From Psammoneis japonica (taxonomy: Eukaryota), in the NCBI GenBank assembly GCA_008632985.1, contig QPGO01000099.1, positions 165,679-229,678 of the forward strand: 64,000 nt of DNA, given 5' to 3'. The notes under the pieces are model-generated. The model saw only the letters and a program-made list of their open reading frames with translations. It ran no database searches and was not told where the DNA came from. This document shows, one piece after another, positions 60,461-64,000 of the stretch (its first letter is position 1; every line of letters begins with the position of its first letter). A program made the position numbers and the translations under genes.

Positions 60461-61149
60461 AGCATGAAAGAGGTCAAATATAGTTGTCACTAGGCCAGCC
60501 ATGGATTAGAGAATAGAACATAGCCATGAAATGGGTCCTGTGTTGATGTCATCATCTGCTCGGTGTCGAGAACACTTCATCGTACAGCGAGTCACGTGTC
60601 TTGAATCCCGTGTGACCCACTCGACTCAACACTTTTGGTGGAAATAGCTAGGTAGACTTTGATCCCCGCTAGAGCCACAAAATACACAAGATATGAGCAT
60701 TGTCAGTCTCCTACCCTTTAAAACAATGTCTTGTGAGAATAGATTGGGCATGTATTGTTCATGGTGTCGGGTGTTTGAATATGGAACTAACGTTTCGCGG
60801 AGCACCTTTATTACACGTGAAAGTACGAGGGACGATTTTTAGTCATAGCTCTATAACTAACGCAACCCTCTACTTGCGACCCCAAAAGTTATCGGGAACT
60901 TAGTATTAGTATGATGTTAGTCGGCTGGAAATGCATTTTGGTAAAAAATGGGGGGGTTGTGATTACACGTGGAAGCATGACGTTGGGACCCATAGCAGCC
61001 CGATGAAGCCACTATATCCATGTTTGAGACAGCCATTACCAGCAGAAGACAGGCTAATCTTGATCACGCTGATGCCACTCAGTGTGGAGCCCAGAATTGA
61101 CTTGAACAAGGCTGTAAGAATATCCTTGCACACATTCAATCTTACACAG

Positions 61150-62056
61150 AATCCGCAATGAAAGCAAAAGGACCCGCCGAGTACGCATTCAACCACGGCA
61201 TCGAAATGTACGGAGGAGTTCGATTCCTCGTCGGGAGCATGGCGGGTTTACCTTGAGTAACGACCATGGGCTGAAGGTGCTGAAGGTTTGGGACAAGATA
61301 TGCAATGCAGTTACGTCGGTGTATGGAGAAAATGATGAAGAGACGGCAGAACTTCGTGAGGAAATCAAGAAACTGATCGACAACTCCAAACGAATCGCCA
61401 CTCATTTACTCACCATTTCTGTAATACTTAAGTCCCAGAAAAAGTTGGACGATGCTTCAACCAAGAAACTCAAAGAGGCACTGGTCAAGCACTCGGTTGC
61501 TTGGAGAGTGGTATTTCCGTAGAAGGACGTTTTCCTCAAGCTTCATCGTCTTGAATGTCATGCACTGGTGGTGTTCATTCTCACTTGTTTTTTTTTTGGA
61601 CTAGTCTCAGAAGAAGGATTTGAGGCCTTTCATCCAAGGATTGGCAAGATAATGGAGAACCTTGCTCCAATGATATCTACGACCCAACGCGTCAAGACTA
61701 CTTTCCGTCGACTTACTGTGGGACTCAATGAAGAAGTGCAACAAGTTGTGAGCGACGTTGTTGAGAAAACGGCGGGGAAAGCAAGAGGCGCAGGAACTTA
61801 CAATGTTTCAAACAACACCAGGGCGAGCCAGAGCGTGGATCTAGTACAGGCAGAGGACCTTCAAGATGTCAATGGTGAGTGCTTGGTGCTCTCTGACGAG
61901 AGCATCATCCCCTCGGCCTGGCTTGATGTTTACGCCATGGCCTCGGCGAACCGCGCCCCGGACGACTGGAGCGCGGTATTTGTGGACAGTGATACCCTGG
62001 GAGACCAAGTGAAAGAGAAGGCAAAATACTGCTCAGTTGGGCGTTTAAAAAAATGA
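61150..62056 (+). pseudogene. DDE transposase C-terminal remnant (Transib/RAG1/Chapaev/Sola-like), internal stop at 61520
   Basis: VFLKLHRLECH then FGLVSEEGFEAFH, matching the K.H....H / G..SE.G.E..H signature. A frameshift lies between them. Confidence 0.6.
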
Positions 62057-62403
62057 AGATACGGGGTTACAAACCAACAAACAACTCGCACCTGATTTGG
62101 TTTTTACCTTGTGTTGATGCTGTCGATTATCGGGACTGTGGCTAAAGAAGACGTAATTTCAAAGGAACACATGGATTCAGAAGAGGGTTACGAGTAACAT
62201 GCCATAAGTTTGACGACAATTGAAGTGGTGTCAGTGGCGCAATCAGCTGCGAACCATCGACCGCCGCCATGCCGAATGCCGAAAGATTGAAAAAAAATGT
62301 TGAGTGTCGGCATGAATTTTGTGTACCAGATTTGCACGTACCTTTCTACGCTGTACAAAAAAAAAATTCATTTCATACGTTGTTGCTTGGGTGTTCCGTC
62401 GAG

Positions 62404-62629
62404 GACGTCATCGTTGTTTAACAATTTAACGGCGTAACAAACCTCCCCTATTTTTTTTAACGGCGTAACAAACCTCCCCGATTTTTTTTAACGGTGTAAC
62501 AACGGCTTTTAATCAATATTTTAATGCTGGATAAAGCATTATGACACCAAAGGAAAAGCCGTTGTTACACCGTTAAACCCAATAGGGCAGGTTTGTTACG
62601 CCGTTAAATTGTGTAACAACGATGACGTC
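62404..62629. mobile_element. 226-bp fold-back (MITE-like) element with subterminal TTAACGGYGTAACAA repeats
   Basis: gacgtcatcgttgtt...aacaacgatgacgtc ends; three repeats on the left arm and two inverted on the right. Confidence 0.75.
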
Positions 62630-63483
62630 ACTTATTTAAGCACAACATGACGACGACTCCTCATCGCCGCCGCTTCCCAAACGCGCATCACTCGCACTTC
62701 GCACTTGCTTTTTCCCACCCGAGAGCCGAAATGAGGGGCGAGAGGAGATGGATTGCTCCCATCTTGTCACTTTGCTACCATGGTGCATGAGCATTGCCAT
62801 GGTCGTTGATGATAATTCGACTAGCAAACTAGCTGACTCCTATCGCTGCTCGACTTGCCGCCGACAACTTACCCCACACGGCAATGCAAGCTGATTTAGT
62901 GCTAGACTATTTGCAAAAGAACGGTTGTTTTGCTGTGTGAACAAAGTCATTTTGAGTCGTTTCGTGCATCAACCATTTTTAATTACTTTCCTCGTTTGTC
63001 TTTTCATCTCTTTCAGGCGTTGGTTTACAGGGTCGACTGCAAAGAGTACCAGCAAACTAATTTGCCTTCTTGAACGTGATTTGCATTTGCCTCTTGGTGT
63101 GACATGGATCAAAATTTCAAAATTCAAATTTCGGTGATACTCCGACCACTCACAACTCGATTTTGAAACACCCCGAAGTCATCTTGGGGTTTCAAAATTT
63201 TTGAAACAATCCAGTTGTGGGCGTCGCGACATCACTCTCACAATCCAAAGACGAGACCGCGTTCGTACGAAAACCATCTAAAGAAGTGTCCATCAACCTC
63301 CTGTCGTTCCATCCGCTTTCAACGGTAAGCCCTTGGATATTACGATTGCCCATGGCGTTCTATTCACACCATTGAATAATTCTCACCTGCTTTGTTGTTG
63401 CTTCTGCCAATGGAATAATTTGATGCACTCACTTTCGGCGTCGTGATATCGCTCTCTGATGTCGCTCTCTAGATCCAAAGACG

Positions 63484-64000
63484 ATGCAGTCCCCGTACAA
63501 GACGCCAAATCGGAGGAGCTCTCCAGCCCCCGGCACCCGCTCCGTGAAACGCCGTCGTCTTAATGTGCTGGACCAGGTGATTCTGAGTCCTGTGGTTGGA
63601 CTGGTTGCTGATGGACCCCGCCCAGATATCAACTCTCTGGACAGTGATAATGAGAAGGTCTTTAGCGTTCTGAAGAAACCAGACATTGATTGCGACTTGT
63701 TGGGTGTTCACCGCAAAGATGTCATCACGCTCGACAAGTTCACGGATGACTACGAACCCTCTCTCAACGCCAGTATCGCGCAAAACCTGAAAAGGTACGA
63801 GTCGGCCATGAAGGCAGAAGGCGTGGCCCGCGGCTACAACAATGCCTGCAAGAACAATGTCTCGTGCATCCGCCGTGAATGGCAAGAATTTGAGGCAGAG
63901 GCTGAGGCCAAACACCGAGATTTCGAAGCCAAACACGAGGCTGCCATGTTGGAGCAGACCGGGTGGCAAGCGTACGAAACTAAATCGTGCATTGTGGCAG
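63484..64000 (+). CDS. Hypothetical protein, 3'-truncated by window end
   Basis: Open from ATG 63484 (MQSPYKTPNRRSSP...) to the end without a stop, with a coiled-coil-like tail. Confidence 0.5.
   Translation, partial: MQSPYKTPNRRSSPAPGTRSVKRRRLNVLDQVILSPVVGLVADGPRPDINSLDSDNEKVFSVLKKPDIDCDLLGVHRKDVITLDKFTDDYEPSLNASIAQNLKRYESAMKAEGVARGYNNACKNNVSCIRREWQEFEAEAEAKHRDFEAKHEAAMLEQTGWQAYETKSCIVA

Noticed and set aside
62420..62610. CRISPR-like array (TTAACGGYGTAACAA repeats)
   Set aside because: There are few repeats, the spacers are short and similar to each other, the arrangement is inverted, the context is eukaryotic and no cas genes are present. It fits subterminal repeats of a fold-back element.
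63160..63200. Hairpin ttttgaaacacccc...ggggtttcaaaa as a terminator or TE end
   Set aside because: It is short and imperfect, with no partner or TSD visible, and Rho-independent terminators are not expected in this context.

Overview
Eukaryotic nuclear DNA, most likely a diatom: it has short GT-AG introns and ASAFAP-like bipartite plastid presequences. Intact host genes include an SF2 helicase with HA repeats, S49 peptidase, choline-transporter-like protein, TFIIH p8/Tfb5, DBP4/DDX10, Mpv17/PMP22, NDH-2, O-fucosyltransferase, SET/LSMT, MYND, LRR and a type-11 methyltransferase. These alternate with sharply bounded blocks of decayed transposons and gene copies (~4.65-6.1, ~18.9-34.55, ~43.1-44.25, ~47.1-49.95 and ~56.7-60.45 kb). 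The main signal is that these blocks have lost almost all TpA dinucleotides by TpA->TpG/CpA transitions (A:T->G:C), the reverse of fungal RIP. Repeat pairs inside the window show the change directly. Conserved Tyr residues of a DD34E transposase and a Helitron-like Rep/PIF1 protein, including the likely catalytic YxxxY pair, read as Cys/His, which fixes the direction. This looks like a repeat/heterochromatin-targeted A-to-G hypermutation genome-defence process that I cannot assign to a described pathway. No candidate enzyme is visible in the window. Also present are a nested TE complex, a 4-bp-TSD MITE family caught at three stages of mutation, and a tRNA-like element between direct repeats. 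Two N gaps lie at ~25.0-25.5 and ~25.9-26.2 kb.
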